From contig CAWJTV010000011.1 in assembly GCA_963845755.1 (NCBI GenBank), positions 1,184,001 through 1,248,000 on the forward strand: a stretch of DNA of 64,000 bases, given 5' to 3'. This DNA comes from an uncultured Planctomycetota bacterium. GTDB lineage: Bacteria; Planctomycetota; Planctomycetia; Isosphaerales; Isosphaeraceae. The position numbers and the translations under genes were made by a program. This document shows, piece by piece, positions 35,357 through 47,658 of the stretch (position 1 is its first letter; each line of letters starts with the position of its first letter). Under the pieces are notes generated by a model. That model had not been told where the DNA came from, did not search any database, and saw only the letters and a list, made by a program, of their open reading frames with translations.

Positions 35357-36330
35357 ATGGGATCGCCACGAAGTCGATCGGAGAATCGCTTCCTCGCCCT
35401 CATGCGGTCACCTAAGTCGCCTCCGGTCATCATCGCTCACCGCGGCGACTCGTTCCACGCCCCCGAGAACACGCTGGAGGCCGTGCGCCTGGCCTGGGAG
35501 GCCGGCGTGCCGGCGTGGGAGCTCGACGTCCAGTTGACCTGCGAGGGCATCCCCGTCGTCCTCCACGATGAATCGCTGCTGCGGACCACCGACGTCGCCA
35601 CCCGATTCGCGGGCGACCTGCGCGGTCGCGACGGATTCCGCATCTCCGACTTCGACTACGACGAGGTCCGGACCCTGGACGCCGGCTCCTGGTTCGTCGC
35701 GGACAACGGCGGCCCGCGCTCGGCCCGTGCGTTCGGGACCCTCGACCAGCTCGATCGGGCTCACATCGATCACTATCGATCCGGCGAGGTGTTCATCCCG
35801 ACTCTCGAAGAGGCCCTGATCCTGACCACGGAGCAGGATTGGCTGGTGAACGTCGAGATCAAATCGTTCCCGGAACAGCCGCCGGGGCTGGTCGATCGCG
35901 TGCTGGAGGTCATCGCGGAGACGGGTACAGCCGATCGCATCCTGATCTCTTCATTCGATCACAGCGATATCGCCACGGTCCGACAACGCGACCGCCGTTA
36001 CGGCCTGGGAATCCTCCTGGCTACGCCCATTCATCGCCTCCCCGAGTACGCCGTAAACATGGTCCGAGTCAATACGGTCCATGTCTCCACCGAGGTCCTG
36101 GGTGCCGAGTCCGTCGCCTATCGGCGGGAGCCTTCGCCACTGTCACTGCGTCACGAGGTCGTCGGGGCCTTGAGAGCACGGCACATCCCCGTGCTGGTCT
36201 ACACGGTCAATCACCAAGGGGGCGGAAATCTCGCCCGTCATCTCGCCGAGATCGGGGTGAACGGACTCTTCACGGACGATCCGGGTGGCCTGCGTCGCGT
36301 GTTCGAGGAAGCGCTCCGGCGCACCGTTGA
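35357..36330 (+). CDS. Glycerophosphodiester phosphodiesterase; true stop uncertain (~36330)
   Basis: IIAHRG...PENTL, ELDVQLT..G.PVVLHD, LDAGSWF, IPTLEEAL, NVEIKS, SSFDH, VYTVN, GLFTDDP. Confidence 0.88.
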
Positions 36331-36333
36331 GAA

Positions 36334-37632
36334 TCAGGATTTCGGCAACAGCCCGCGCAGCCGGTTCACCGCCTCCGCCGTCCGACGAAAGGCCGGGGCT
36401 TTCAACGAGGAAGTCCCGCGAACGACGCGGCCGTCGGGGTTGGCCCGGTCGCTCAGTTGCTGGTTGAACGCCTCGATGTCACGGAGGATGCGGGCCAACA
36501 CCTCGGTCGATTCCCTGGCGACGGTCCGCTGGCGGAACAGGAGCAGGTTGAGCCGCAGGCGGCCGACTCCCGCCTCGAACTCCGATCCCTCTTCGGTGCC
36601 CCTCAAGCCGGCTCCCGCCTGGGCGAGGAACTCGTCGAGGGCGGCAATCGCCCGATCCACCTGGGCGACCAGGTTCCGGTCGACGCGCCGGGGCGCGCGA
36701 TCCGCCGGGCCGAGCGAGAGGATTCGCGGCAGCCCGAAGTCGTCCGAGAGGGCATCGATGCGCTGCCGGACTTGCTGCCAGCGTCGCGTCAGTTCCGGCG
36801 TCCCGGGGATTCGTACGATCCGGGCCTCGACCGACCACACGCGGCTCCGGAGCGGCCTCAGCGCGGCCACGAGGTCCTGGTTCGAAGGCGCGGCCGACAA
36901 CGTCCGTTCGAAGCCCTGGACGAGGTCGAGCAGGCCGTTCAGGTCCGCGACCAGGCTCGGACGGTCCGTGGCTGCCGGCCTCGCCTCGTTGACGGCTCCG
37001 ATCAGGTCGCGGAGACCTTCGGAGAGCCGACGCGCTTGCTCGCGGATCGCCACCAGCTCCGGCGCGGGGCCAGTGGGAGCGGCGGCCGGCTCGCCGACCT
37101 CGGCGTCAATCGCGTTGAACACCGCGGTCATCACCGGGAACAGTCGCTCGAGGTCTCCCAGGTGGAAGGCGGCGCGCGGCGAATAGCCGGGGAGTTGCCC
37201 CAGTGTCGAATCGACCTGCCGGAAGGCGGCACCGACGTCGTCCAGCAGGGCCCGCGAGCGATTCAGCCCGGCCAGGTCCGGCGGCGGGTAGCTGACGTTG
37301 ATATAGAAGATCTGGGCCGCATCCCAGAGCGTGCTCATCTCGCCCTCGAGGCGGGCCCCGATGCTCGTGAGGCGGAGGTCGACTCGCACGTTCTGGTACA
37401 TCGCGATCGTTTCGAGGACGGTCAACCGCGCCAGCCACGGCAGGTCGCTGGACTGGAATTGTTGGGTCATCGCAAGCCGGTTCACCAGCTCCTCCTCGAG
37501 CGATCCGGCCGGAGCGATCTCGAAGCTGTTGATCACGCCGTTCTCGAGGTTCTGAGCCGACGCCGGTTGGGGGGTGATGGCCAACCAGCCACCGAGTACC
37601 AGGAGCCGCACGAGGCCGTTCCTGCGAGCCAT
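36334..37632 (-). CDS. Exported alpha-helical hypothetical protein
   Basis: Long ORF with signal peptide ending ASA-Q and amphipathic helices. Confidence 0.65.
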   Translation of the reverse strand: MARRNGLVRLLVLGGWLAITPQPASAQNLENGVINSFEIAPAGSLEEELVNRLAMTQQFQSSDLPWLARLTVLETIAMYQNVRVDLRLTSIGARLEGEMSTLWDAAQIFYINVSYPPPDLAGLNRSRALLDDVGAAFRQVDSTLGQLPGYSPRAAFHLGDLERLFPVMTAVFNAIDAEVGEPAAAPTGPAPELVAIREQARRLSEGLRDLIGAVNEARPAATDRPSLVADLNGLLDLVQGFERTLSAAPSNQDLVAALRPLRSRVWSVEARIVRIPGTPELTRRWQQVRQRIDALSDDFGLPRILSLGPADRAPRRVDRNLVAQVDRAIAALDEFLAQAGAGLRGTEEGSEFEAGVGRLRLNLLLFRQRTVARESTEVLARILRDIEAFNQQLSDRANPDGRVVRGTSSLKAPAFRRTAEAVNRLRGLLPKS

Positions 37633-37791
37633 CCGGACCGGATCAGTTCGCTTCACCTGGTCCCTCCGCCGTGGAAGGCGATCCATTGGATTAAGATTCA
37701 AATATTCAAAATTATAAAAAATCTAGAATCTGCCATTTGGAATGCCCGAGTTGGATGCTCGGACGGCGTAGATGGCCCGGGCAGGTTGAGT

Positions 37792-39258
<1,467 letters not shown>

Positions 39259-39266
<8 letters not shown>

Positions 39267-42200
39267 GGGTCACCTCCATCGGCTCGACCCGATGGTAGGC
39301 GTGCGCCGTACCATTGTCATTTTCCTGGGCCGATCGCTGTTCATTGAGGACGCGGCGATAGTCGGTCGGCATCACTTTGACAAACTTGCCGACCGCCCAT
39401 TCCCAGTCGTCGAGGAGTCGCGCGGCGACCGAGCTGCCGGTGTACGCGGCGTGCTGGATCAAGAGGTCGCGGACGAGCTCGAGGTCATCGGGATCGATCA
39501 GGGGTTCGATCTCCACCATCTCCAGGTTGCAGCGTTGAGTAAAGTCCTGCTCCTCGTCGTAGACGAACGCCATGCCGCCGCTCATGCCGGCGGCGAAGTT
39601 GCGCCCGGTCGGTCCGATCACGACGGCGACGCCGCCGGTCATGTATTCGCAGCCATGGTCGCCGGTCCCTTCGACGACGGCGTGCGCCCCGCTGTTCCGG
39701 ACGCAGAAGCGTTCGCCGGCCCGGCCGCGGAAGAAGGCCCGGCCGCCGGTGGCACCGTAGAGGGCGACGTTGCCGATCAAGACGTTCTCCTCGGCGACGA
39801 ACCGCGACACCTTCGGCGGGAAGACGACGATCTTGCCGCCGGAGAGCCCCTTGCCGACGTAGTCGTTCGAATCCCCCTCGAGGGTCAGCGAGATCCCGCG
39901 CGGCAGGAACGCGCCGAAGCTCTGCCCGGCCGAACCGGAGAACCTGAGCCGGATCGTGTCGTCGGGGAGCCCCTCGCGGCCATGACGCCGGGTCAGCTCG
40001 CTCCCCAGGATCGTGCCCACCGTGCGGTTGATGTTGCGAATCGGCAGCTCCAGGGAAACCGGCTCGCACCGCTCCAGTGCCGGCTGGCAGGCGGGGAGCA
40101 GTGTGGTCACGTCGAGCGACTGCTCCAGCCCGTGATCCTGGTCGCGAACCTTGCGGACGGCCACCTCCGGCCCGACGTCGGGCCGGTAGAAGATCTTGCT
40201 AGTAATCAAGGCCCTTGGCCTTGTAGTGATCGATGGCCTTGTGCATCTCCAGCAGGTCGCTGCGGCCGATCATCTCTCCCACGGTGCGGAACCCGAGCTG
40301 GGCCATCAGCTCGCGCAGTTCCTGGGCGATGAAGTGGAAGAAGTTGATGACGTGCTCGGCCTGGCCCTGGAACTTCTTCCGGAGTTCGGGATTCTGGGTC
40401 GCGATCCCGACCGGGCAGGTATCCAGGTGGCAGACTCGCATCATGATGCAGCCCATCACCACCAGCGGGGCCGTGGCGAACCCGTATTCCTCGGCACCCA
40501 GGAGAGCGGCGATCGCGACGTCGCGGCCGGTCTTGAGCTGGCCGTCGGTCTGGACGGTGATCCGGTCGCGGAGCTTGTTCAGGACGAGCGTCTGCTGGGT
40601 CTCGGCCAGCCCCAGCTCCCAGGGGACTCCGGCATGCTTGAGCGAGGTGAGCGGGCTGGCCCCGGTCCCGCCGTCGTGACCGCTGATCAGCACGACGTCG
40701 CTGTGGGCCTTGGCCACCCCGGCCGCGACCGTGCCGACCCCCATCTCGGCCACCAGCTTGACGCTGATCCGCGCCCGGGGGTTGCTATTCTTCAGGTCGT
40801 AGATCAACTGGGCGAGGTCTTCGATGGAATAAATATCGTGGTGGGGCGGCGGGCTGATCAGGCCGACGCCGGGCGTGGAATACCGCACCTTGGCGATCCA
40901 CGGCCAGACCTTATGACCCGGGAGCTGGCCCCCTTCGCCCGGCTTGGCGCCCTGGGCCATCTTGATTTGCAGCTCATCGGCGCTGACGAGGTACTCGCTC
41001 GTGACGCCGAACCGGCCCGAGGCCACCTGCTTGATGGCACTGCGCCGGCTATCCCCGTTGGGCAACGGCTTGAACCGTTCCGGGTCCTCGCCCCCTTCAC
41101 CGGTGTTCGACTTGGCCCCCATCCGGTTCATGGCGATCGCCAGGGTCTGGTGGGCCTCCGCCGAGATCGAGCCGTAGCTCATCGCGCCGGTGGCGAACCG
41201 CTTGACGATCGACTCGACCGGCTCGACCTCCTCGATCGGCACGGGTCGACACTGGTCGAACCGGAAGCCGAACAGGCCGCGGAGCGTGCAGAGCCGCTCG
41301 GTCTGCTCGTCGACCCGGCGGGTATACTGCTTGAAGATCTCATAACGGTTGGCCTGGGTGGCATGCTGGAGCCGGTAGACCGTCTCCGGATTGAAGAGGT
41401 GGAATTCGCCCTCGCGCCGCCACTGGTACTGGCCGCCTTCGAGGAGCAGGGCCGGCCGGGCCTCGCGGCTGGCGTACGCGCGGCGGTGATGGTGGAGCGT
41501 CTCGGCAGCGACCTCGGCGAGGCCGATCCCGCCGACCCGAGAGGCGGTCTTGTCGAAGTATCGGCCCACGAATTCCTCATTCAGCCCGATCGCCTCGAAG
41601 ATCTGAGCACCGCGGTAACTCTGGATGGTGCTGATCCCCATCTTGGACATGATCTTCACGACGCCCTTCTTGATCGCCTTACGATATCGGTACACGGCCT
41701 CGTCGTGATCGATGCCCGCGATGCGCTCGTCGCGAATCAAGTGGTCGAGCGTCTCGAACGCCACGTAGGGGTTGATCGTGCCGGCGCCGTATCCGAGCAG
41801 GAGGGCGAAGTGATGGACCTCGCGGGCATCGCCGCATTCGATCACCAGCCCGGCCCGCGAACGCAAGCCCCGCCGGACCATCTCGTGATGGAGCCCCGAG
41901 CAGGCCAGGAGCGAGGGGATCGGCGCCATCTCGGCCGTGACGCCGCGGTCGGAGAGCACGATCAGATCGGCACCCTGCTCGATCGCCTTGCAGGCCATGT
42001 CGATCATCGCGTGGAGGGATTCCTCCAGCCCTTCGCGCCTTCCGCGGCCAGGAACAGCATGGGCACGGACGCCGTCCGGAACCCGTGCCAGCCCTTGAGC
42101 TGCTTGAGCCGGGCCAGTTCGTCGTTGTCGAGGATCGGGGTCTCCAGCGCGATCTGGCGGCAGGAGTCGGGCTTCGGCTCCAGCAGGTTTCCCTCGCCGC

Positions 42201-43846
42201 CGGCGCCGGTGAACACCGAGGTCACCAGCTCCTCGCGGATCGCGTCGAGCGGGGGGTTGGTCACCTGCGCGAAGAGCTGCTTGAAGTAATGGAACAGCGG
42301 CTGGGCGCGGTCCGAGAGCACGGCCAGCGGGGTGTCGGTGCCCATCGAGCCGATCGCCTCCTCGCCGTTGGACCCCATCGGCCCGACGATGTACTTGAGG
42401 TCCTCGAGCGTGTAGCCGAAGGCCATCTGGCGATGGAGCAGCGAATCCGGATCAGGGCCGGGGACGTTGGGGGCTCGGGGCAGGTCGGCGAGCGACACCA
42501 TGTACCGGCGGAGCCACTTCCCATACGGTTTGGCCGCGGCGAGCGAGTGCTTCAGCTCCTCGTCGTCGACGATCCGGCCGGCCTGGAGGTCCACCAGGAA
42601 CATCTTGCCCGGCTCGAGCCGACCCTTCCGCACGATCTTCTCCGGGGCGACCTCGAGCGCGCCGACTTCCGAGGCCATGATCACCCGGTCGTCGTCGGTC
42701 ACGATGTAGCGGCTGGGCCGTAGTCCGTTGCGGTCGAGCACGGCGCCGATCGACTTGCCGTCGGTGAAGGTCACCGACGCCGGGCCGTCCCAGGGCTCCA
42801 TCAAGCAGCTATGATACCGGTAGAAATCCTTCTTCACCTGGGACATCGACTCGTGATTCTCCCACGCCTCGGGGATCAGCATCATCATGGCGTGGGCCAG
42901 GGGATATCCCGAGCGGACCAGCAGCTCCATGGCATTGTCGAGGCAGGCCGTGTCGCTCAGGCCCTCGCGGATGATCGGCTTGATCTTCGCGATGTCGCCC
43001 GGCTCGTAGAGCTCGGAGGCGAACAGGGCCTCGCGCGCCTTCATCCAGTTGATATTGCCGCGCAACGTGTTGATCTCGCCATTATGCGAGATCATCCGAT
43101 AGGGATGGGCCAGCTCCCAGCTCGGGAAGGTGTTGGTGCTGAACCGCGAGTGGAACATGCACAGGGCGCTGGCGAGGAGCGGGTCGCCCAGGTCGTCGGC
43201 GAAATACAGGCCGAGCTGCTCGGTGGTGAGCATCCCCTTGTAGACGAGCGTCCGGCAGGAGAGGCTGGCGAAGTAGAAGAACTTGTGATCGTCGAGGCCC
43301 GAGGACTCGATCTCGGCCTCGAACCGCTTGCGGATGACGTAGAGCTTCCGCTCGAACCGATCGGCATCGAGGCCGTCGGCGCGGCCGACGAAGGCATGCC
43401 ACATCACCGGCTCGACCGCCCGCGCACTCTCGCCGAGCGACGAGGGATCCGTCTGGATCGGCCGCCAGCCCAGGAACTCCTGCCCTTCCTCGGCGACGAT
43501 CCGCTCGAACTCGGACATCCCGAATCGCTGCGCCATCCCCGTCCCGCGACGTGAAGAACGCACCCACGCCATACCGCTCGGGCTCGGGCAGCGCGATCCC
43601 CAGGGGGCGACAGCGGCTCGCCAGGAATTCGTGGGGGACCTGGATCAACAGCCCCGCGCCGTCGCCCGTATTATCTTCACATCCGCACGCCCCGCGATGA
43701 TTCATATTATATAATGCAGTGAGACCATCACGCACGAGCTGATGAGATCGACGCCCCTTGAGGTCGACGATGAATCCGACACCGCAGCTATCGTGTTCAT
43801 AACGCGGGTCGTAGAGACCTTGGGCTTTCGGTTGATTTGAAATCAT
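39259..43846 (-). CDS. gltB: Glutamate synthase large subunit; 3 frameshifts (~43545, ~42030, ~40200)
   Basis: [73 protein letters not shown]. Confidence 0.97.
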
Positions 43847-43925
43847 CAGTGATTGTCCTTCCCGAGACGACCTTGCGCACGATCAACGACTCGCGGGGAG
43901 CGGGCCGCCGTTTGTCTTGTCGAAA

Positions 43926-43947
43926 TCACATTGCGTGAATGTGTCAA
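43926..43947 (-). promoter_or_regulatory. Candidate LysR box and -35 element upstream of gltB
   Basis: TCAC-N5-GTGA (T-N11-A dyad, 43926-43938); CACATT-N5-AATGTG; TTGACA on minus strand at 43942-43947. Confidence 0.4.
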
Positions 43948-44036
43948 TTCAGGCGGGCCGGATCCTGATCTCGGTCACGTTCCACGGCCCATTCGCGCCG
44001 CGCCCGCCTCCCGGATTTCGGGCCGGTCGCCGGGAC

Positions 44037-44999
44037 TCACGAGGGCGTGCCGGCCGTCACGCGACGATCGGGCATGGCCGATCTCGCGGGGTCGACCGCG
44101 ACGGTCTCGTGGGTCAGCAAGTCGAGGAACGTCGAGGCGGCCAGGTCGAGGTGGCCGTGCCGCCGGTGGATGATCGCCAGGGGTCGAGTCAGCCGGTCCA
44201 CGGGATCCCGGCCCTCGATGCGGACGGCGGCGAGCGTCCCCGCCCTGACCTCCTGGGCCAGCGAGGGCTCCGGCAGGATGGAGATGCCCGACGGGATTTC
44301 CACGGCGCGCTTTATGTTTTCGACATTATCGAATTCGAGTACGACTTCGACGTGAATGTCGTGGTGGCGGAGGAAACGGTCGATCGAACGCCGGATCGGC
44401 AGGTCCGGGTCGAAGGCGACGAACGGTTCGCCGTCCAGCTCGGACACCGGCACGCCCGGACGCGTCGCGAAGCGATGGGAGGGATGGACGGCCAGCACCA
44501 TGGCCTCCTCGCGCCAGGTGACTACATGAAGATCGGTCCACTTCTTGGGATAGGAGAGCAGGCCCAGCTCGGCCTCCCCGGTGATCACGCGATCGAGCAC
44601 GCGATCGGGATGCAGGTATTCGAGCCGGACGTTCGCCCGGGGATGGCGCGTCTCGAAGACCTTGATGTACCGGCTCATGTGGTGCAGGCCCACCGAGTAG
44701 ATCGCCGCGACGCCGACCGTGCCGGCGACCAGGGCGCCATCCCCCAGGCCCTTGACGCGGTTCTCCAGGCTGAGGTAACGCTCAACCAGGTCCTTGCAGC
44801 CCTCGTAGTAGACCTTCCCTTCCGGCGTCAGCACCAGCGGCCGCTTCGACCGGTCGATCAGCTTCACCCCCAGCCGCGCCTCCAACTGGTGCACGGCCTG
44901 GCTGGCCGACGACTGCGAGATCCCGTTTTCCTCGGCACCCCGAGAGAAACTGGACCACCGCACGACGTCGCAGAAGATCTTCAAGGACTCGAGCTGCAT
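44037..44999 (-). CDS. LysR family transcriptional regulator
   Basis: LKIFCDVVRWSSFSRGAEENGISQSSASQAVHQLEARLGVKLIDRSKRPLVLTPEG. Confidence 0.95.
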   Translation of the reverse strand: MQLESLKIFCDVVRWSSFSRGAEENGISQSSASQAVHQLEARLGVKLIDRSKRPLVLTPEGKVYYEGCKDLVERYLSLENRVKGLGDGALVAGTVGVAAIYSVGLHHMSRYIKVFETRHPRANVRLEYLHPDRVLDRVITGEAELGLLSYPKKWTDLHVVTWREEAMVLAVHPSHRFATRPGVPVSELDGEPFVAFDPDLPIRRSIDRFLRHHDIHVEVVLEFDNVENIKRAVEIPSGISILPEPSLAQEVRAGTLAAVRIEGRDPVDRLTRPLAIIHRRHGHLDLAASTFLDLLTHETVAVDPARSAMPDRRVTAGTPS

Positions 45000-45483
45000 C
45001 TGGTCCCTATCTATCGGCTTTTTCCAATACTGCGTTGAGCATCCTATTCGAATTCGTAATACTAATTGCAGGTTGAGAGGCAGAAGTCAAGGGATCTGCG
45101 GGAAAAAATGTCGGAATTGCAATTGCAAAGGAGGGTTGGCTCTCGTTGGCTACCTCCTGGTAGCCGACACCCTCGAGGCTCGCCATCTGGTAAACAGCGG
45201 GATTTGAGTTGGTGGGGCAATCATCCAGACCCCGCCTCTCCGGCACCATGGAGCCAGGTCGAACCGCGAAATCCCAAGAAGCAACTGGCATACCCGTCCC
45301 TGACGAAAAAATGGTTCGCCATGAGACTGTCACGGGCGGGCTTTGGAACCGCCTCATGCAACCTCCATATTGCCATGGACTTGAAGTCATCCCTTACCAG
45401 CCTCGAACCAGAGTTACCTGGCTTCCAAGAGGTTACGTTCGTTCGATTGACCAGGTGCGCAGTCCCGAGACCGAGAGCGAGCA

Positions 45484-45511
45484 TTGATATACATCAAGTT
45501 CGGGGTAGAAT
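45484..45511 (+). promoter_or_regulatory. Sigma70-like promoter with overlapping palindrome
   Basis: TTGATA-N16-TAGAAT; TTGAT-N4-ATCAA dyad over the -35. Confidence 0.5.
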
Positions 45512-45558
45512 GTCGACGAGGAAGGGGAGGGACACCCAGGTAGACGACACGGAGGTGG

Positions 45559-45924
45559 TTGGTGCCGCCTTTGACCGACTTGGCTCGACTTGCGGCCTAC
45601 AGGGACGCACTCGGCAATTGGAATGTCAGCGACTACATCCAGTTTGAATTGACGGAAGAGTCACATCGCTGGATTCGGCGTGAGTTTGGCAACATAACTC
45701 TGAGGGAAATCGGGCGCCTGATGTGTGAGTACGTCAGGTCCGGCGGGGAAATCGATGAGGTGCCGGAAACGCGTCAGGAGTGGTCCGGCCAGTACGAATT
45801 CCACCACGACCTCCGGTTGACCATTTATGGGAAAAATGTTTACATAGAAACTCGTTTATATTATCGACTCCCCGTGGTTCTCGACGAATCGTGGATCCTC
45901 GTGGTGAATATTCATGAACGCTAA
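45559..45924 (+). CDS. Putative MqsR-like toxin
   Basis: GGAGG RBS; ends HHDLRLTIYGKNVYIE...ILVVNIHE; overlaps a downstream Zn-finger/HTH gene. Confidence 0.6.
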   Translation: MVPPLTDLARLAAYRDALGNWNVSDYIQFELTEESHRWIRREFGNITLREIGRLMCEYVRSGGEIDEVPETRQEWSGQYEFHHDLRLTIYGKNVYIETRLYYRLPVVLDESWILVVNIHER

Positions 45925-46459
45925 TCCTTCGGAATTGAAACGTCCATTCGGCGCCGAACGTCCATTCCCATGGCGATGCCGTCATTGCGGTGAGAGCCAT
46001 GTTCTCATGACCAGAATCCGCTACGATGCTGAAGTTCAGCATGACGGGCGCCTGTACACGTTCACGATCCCCAATTTGGACATCCCGGTCTGTCAAGCGT
46101 GCGGCAACAAGGTTTTCACGGGAGGAGTCGATGACCAGATCAGCGCGGCGCTTCGCTCGCATCTCCATCTGCTTACGCCTGAAGACATGCGCAGTGCGCT
46201 GGGGCGAATCAACCTGACCCAGAAAGAGGCGGCGGGACGCTTGGGAATCGCGGAAGCCACGCTGTCTCGTTGGCTGAACAAGACACAAATTCAGTCGAGA
46301 GCCATGGATAACTTGCTACGCGTTTTTTTTGCATTTCCACAAGTGCGCACTTATCTGATCAAAGACAGACATGATCCTCAGCTTGGAACTACGGATATCT
46401 CGGCGGACGAACCGGAGCTAGCCGAAATGGGGACCTCCGCAATTCCCAATGCAGACTGA
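45914..46459 (+). CDS. MqsA-like antitoxin (Zn finger + XRE HTH)
   Basis: CRHCG...CQACG; LLTPEDMRS..LTQKEAAGRLGIAEATLSRW...QSRAMDNLLR. Confidence 0.85.
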   Translation: MNANPSELKRPFGAERPFPWRCRHCGESHVLMTRIRYDAEVQHDGRLYTFTIPNLDIPVCQACGNKVFTGGVDDQISAALRSHLHLLTPEDMRSALGRINLTQKEAAGRLGIAEATLSRWLNKTQIQSRAMDNLLRVFFAFPQVRTYLIKDRHDPQLGTTDISADEPELAEMGTSAIPNAD

Positions 46460-46596
46460 GGGGCCTGGAAAGATTGCGAGGGTCAGGAAGAACCATCTTC
46501 CTCGGTTCGGCAGAGATTCGACACCTCGACGCTGAACTTTTCCTTTCCCCCAACTTCGATTCCGGCCGTCCTGGCGAAGAAGGGACCTCTCGAGCT

Positions 46597-47580
46597 ATGA
46601 GAGCCCTGGTTACCGGAAGCGCCGGTCATCTCGGTGAGGCACTGGTGCTCACCCTGAAAGACTTGAACCACGAGGTCATCGGCCTCGACATTCTGGCGTC
46701 CACGTTGACGACCGTCGTCGGATCGATCACCGATCGCTCTTGCGTGGGTCGCTGCATGAGGGACGTGCAGGCCGTCTTTCATGCGGCCACCTTGCACAAG
46801 CCTCATGTCGCCACCCACAGCCGGCAGGAGTTCGTCAACACCAACATCACCGGTACGCTCAACCTGCTGGAAGCCGCGGTGATGGCCGGCGTCGCGTCCT
46901 TTGTCTTCACCAGCACGACCAGCGTCTTCGGCGACGCGCTCGTGCCGCCTGCCGGAGCGGCTGCCGCCTGGGTGACCGAGGAAGTCGCGCCCGTCCCCAA
47001 GAACATCTATGGTGTCACCAAGGCCGCGGCGGAGGGCCTCTGCCAGTTGTTCCACAGGAACCAACGGCTTGCTTGTATCGTGCTCAGGACATCGCGGTTT
47101 TTCCCCGAAGAAGACGACAACAAGCAGGTGCGGGAAGCTTACGCCGACGAGAATGCCAAGTTGAATGAATATCTGTTCCGCCGCGTGGATCTCGAAGACG
47201 TCGTGAGCGCACATCTACTGGCAGCGAGACACGCGCCTGGGATCGGCTTCGGGTGCTATATCATCAGCGCGACGACGCCCTTTACGCCCGAGGATCTGCG
47301 AGACCTGCGTTTCGATGCGCCGCGGGCGGTGCGGCGCCATGTTCCCGACTATGAGACCGAATACATCCGTCGTGGCTGGAAAATGTTTCCCAGCATCGAC
47401 CGCGTCTATGACAACGCGCGGGCTCGGAATGAGCTCGGCTGGCAGCCGCAGCATGATTTCCCGTCGATCATCGACCGCCTGAAAGCCGGAGGCGAGGTGA
47501 GAAGTCCCCTCGCCCGGATCGTGGGATCAAAAGGATACCATGCCGAGGTGTTTGCCGAAGGGCCTTATCCCGTAGAATGA
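46597..47580 (+). CDS. NAD-dependent epimerase/dehydratase
   Basis: MRALVTGSAGHLG, HAATLHKPH, TSTTSVFG, YGVTK. Confidence 0.9.
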   Translation: MRALVTGSAGHLGEALVLTLKDLNHEVIGLDILASTLTTVVGSITDRSCVGRCMRDVQAVFHAATLHKPHVATHSRQEFVNTNITGTLNLLEAAVMAGVASFVFTSTTSVFGDALVPPAGAAAAWVTEEVAPVPKNIYGVTKAAAEGLCQLFHRNQRLACIVLRTSRFFPEEDDNKQVREAYADENAKLNEYLFRRVDLEDVVSAHLLAARHAPGIGFGCYIISATTPFTPEDLRDLRFDAPRAVRRHVPDYETEYIRRGWKMFPSIDRVYDNARARNELGWQPQHDFPSIIDRLKAGGEVRSPLARIVGSKGYHAEVFAEGPYPVE

Positions 47581-47658
47581 GCCCTCCCTCAACCATTCGT
47601 CTTCGAGGGACCATGATGGAGCCGCACCACAGGGTACTCGATCGAGTCGAGAGGCGGC

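Noticed and set aside
35204..37186. 660-aa ORF suggesting a GDPD with a long C-terminal extension
   Set aside because: The extension is antisense to the 36334..37632 gene and compositionally implausible; a stop lost through an indel is more likely
45066..45487. Several overlapping ORFs between lysR and the TA pair
   Set aside because: No recognisable motif, RBS or coding-like composition in any frame
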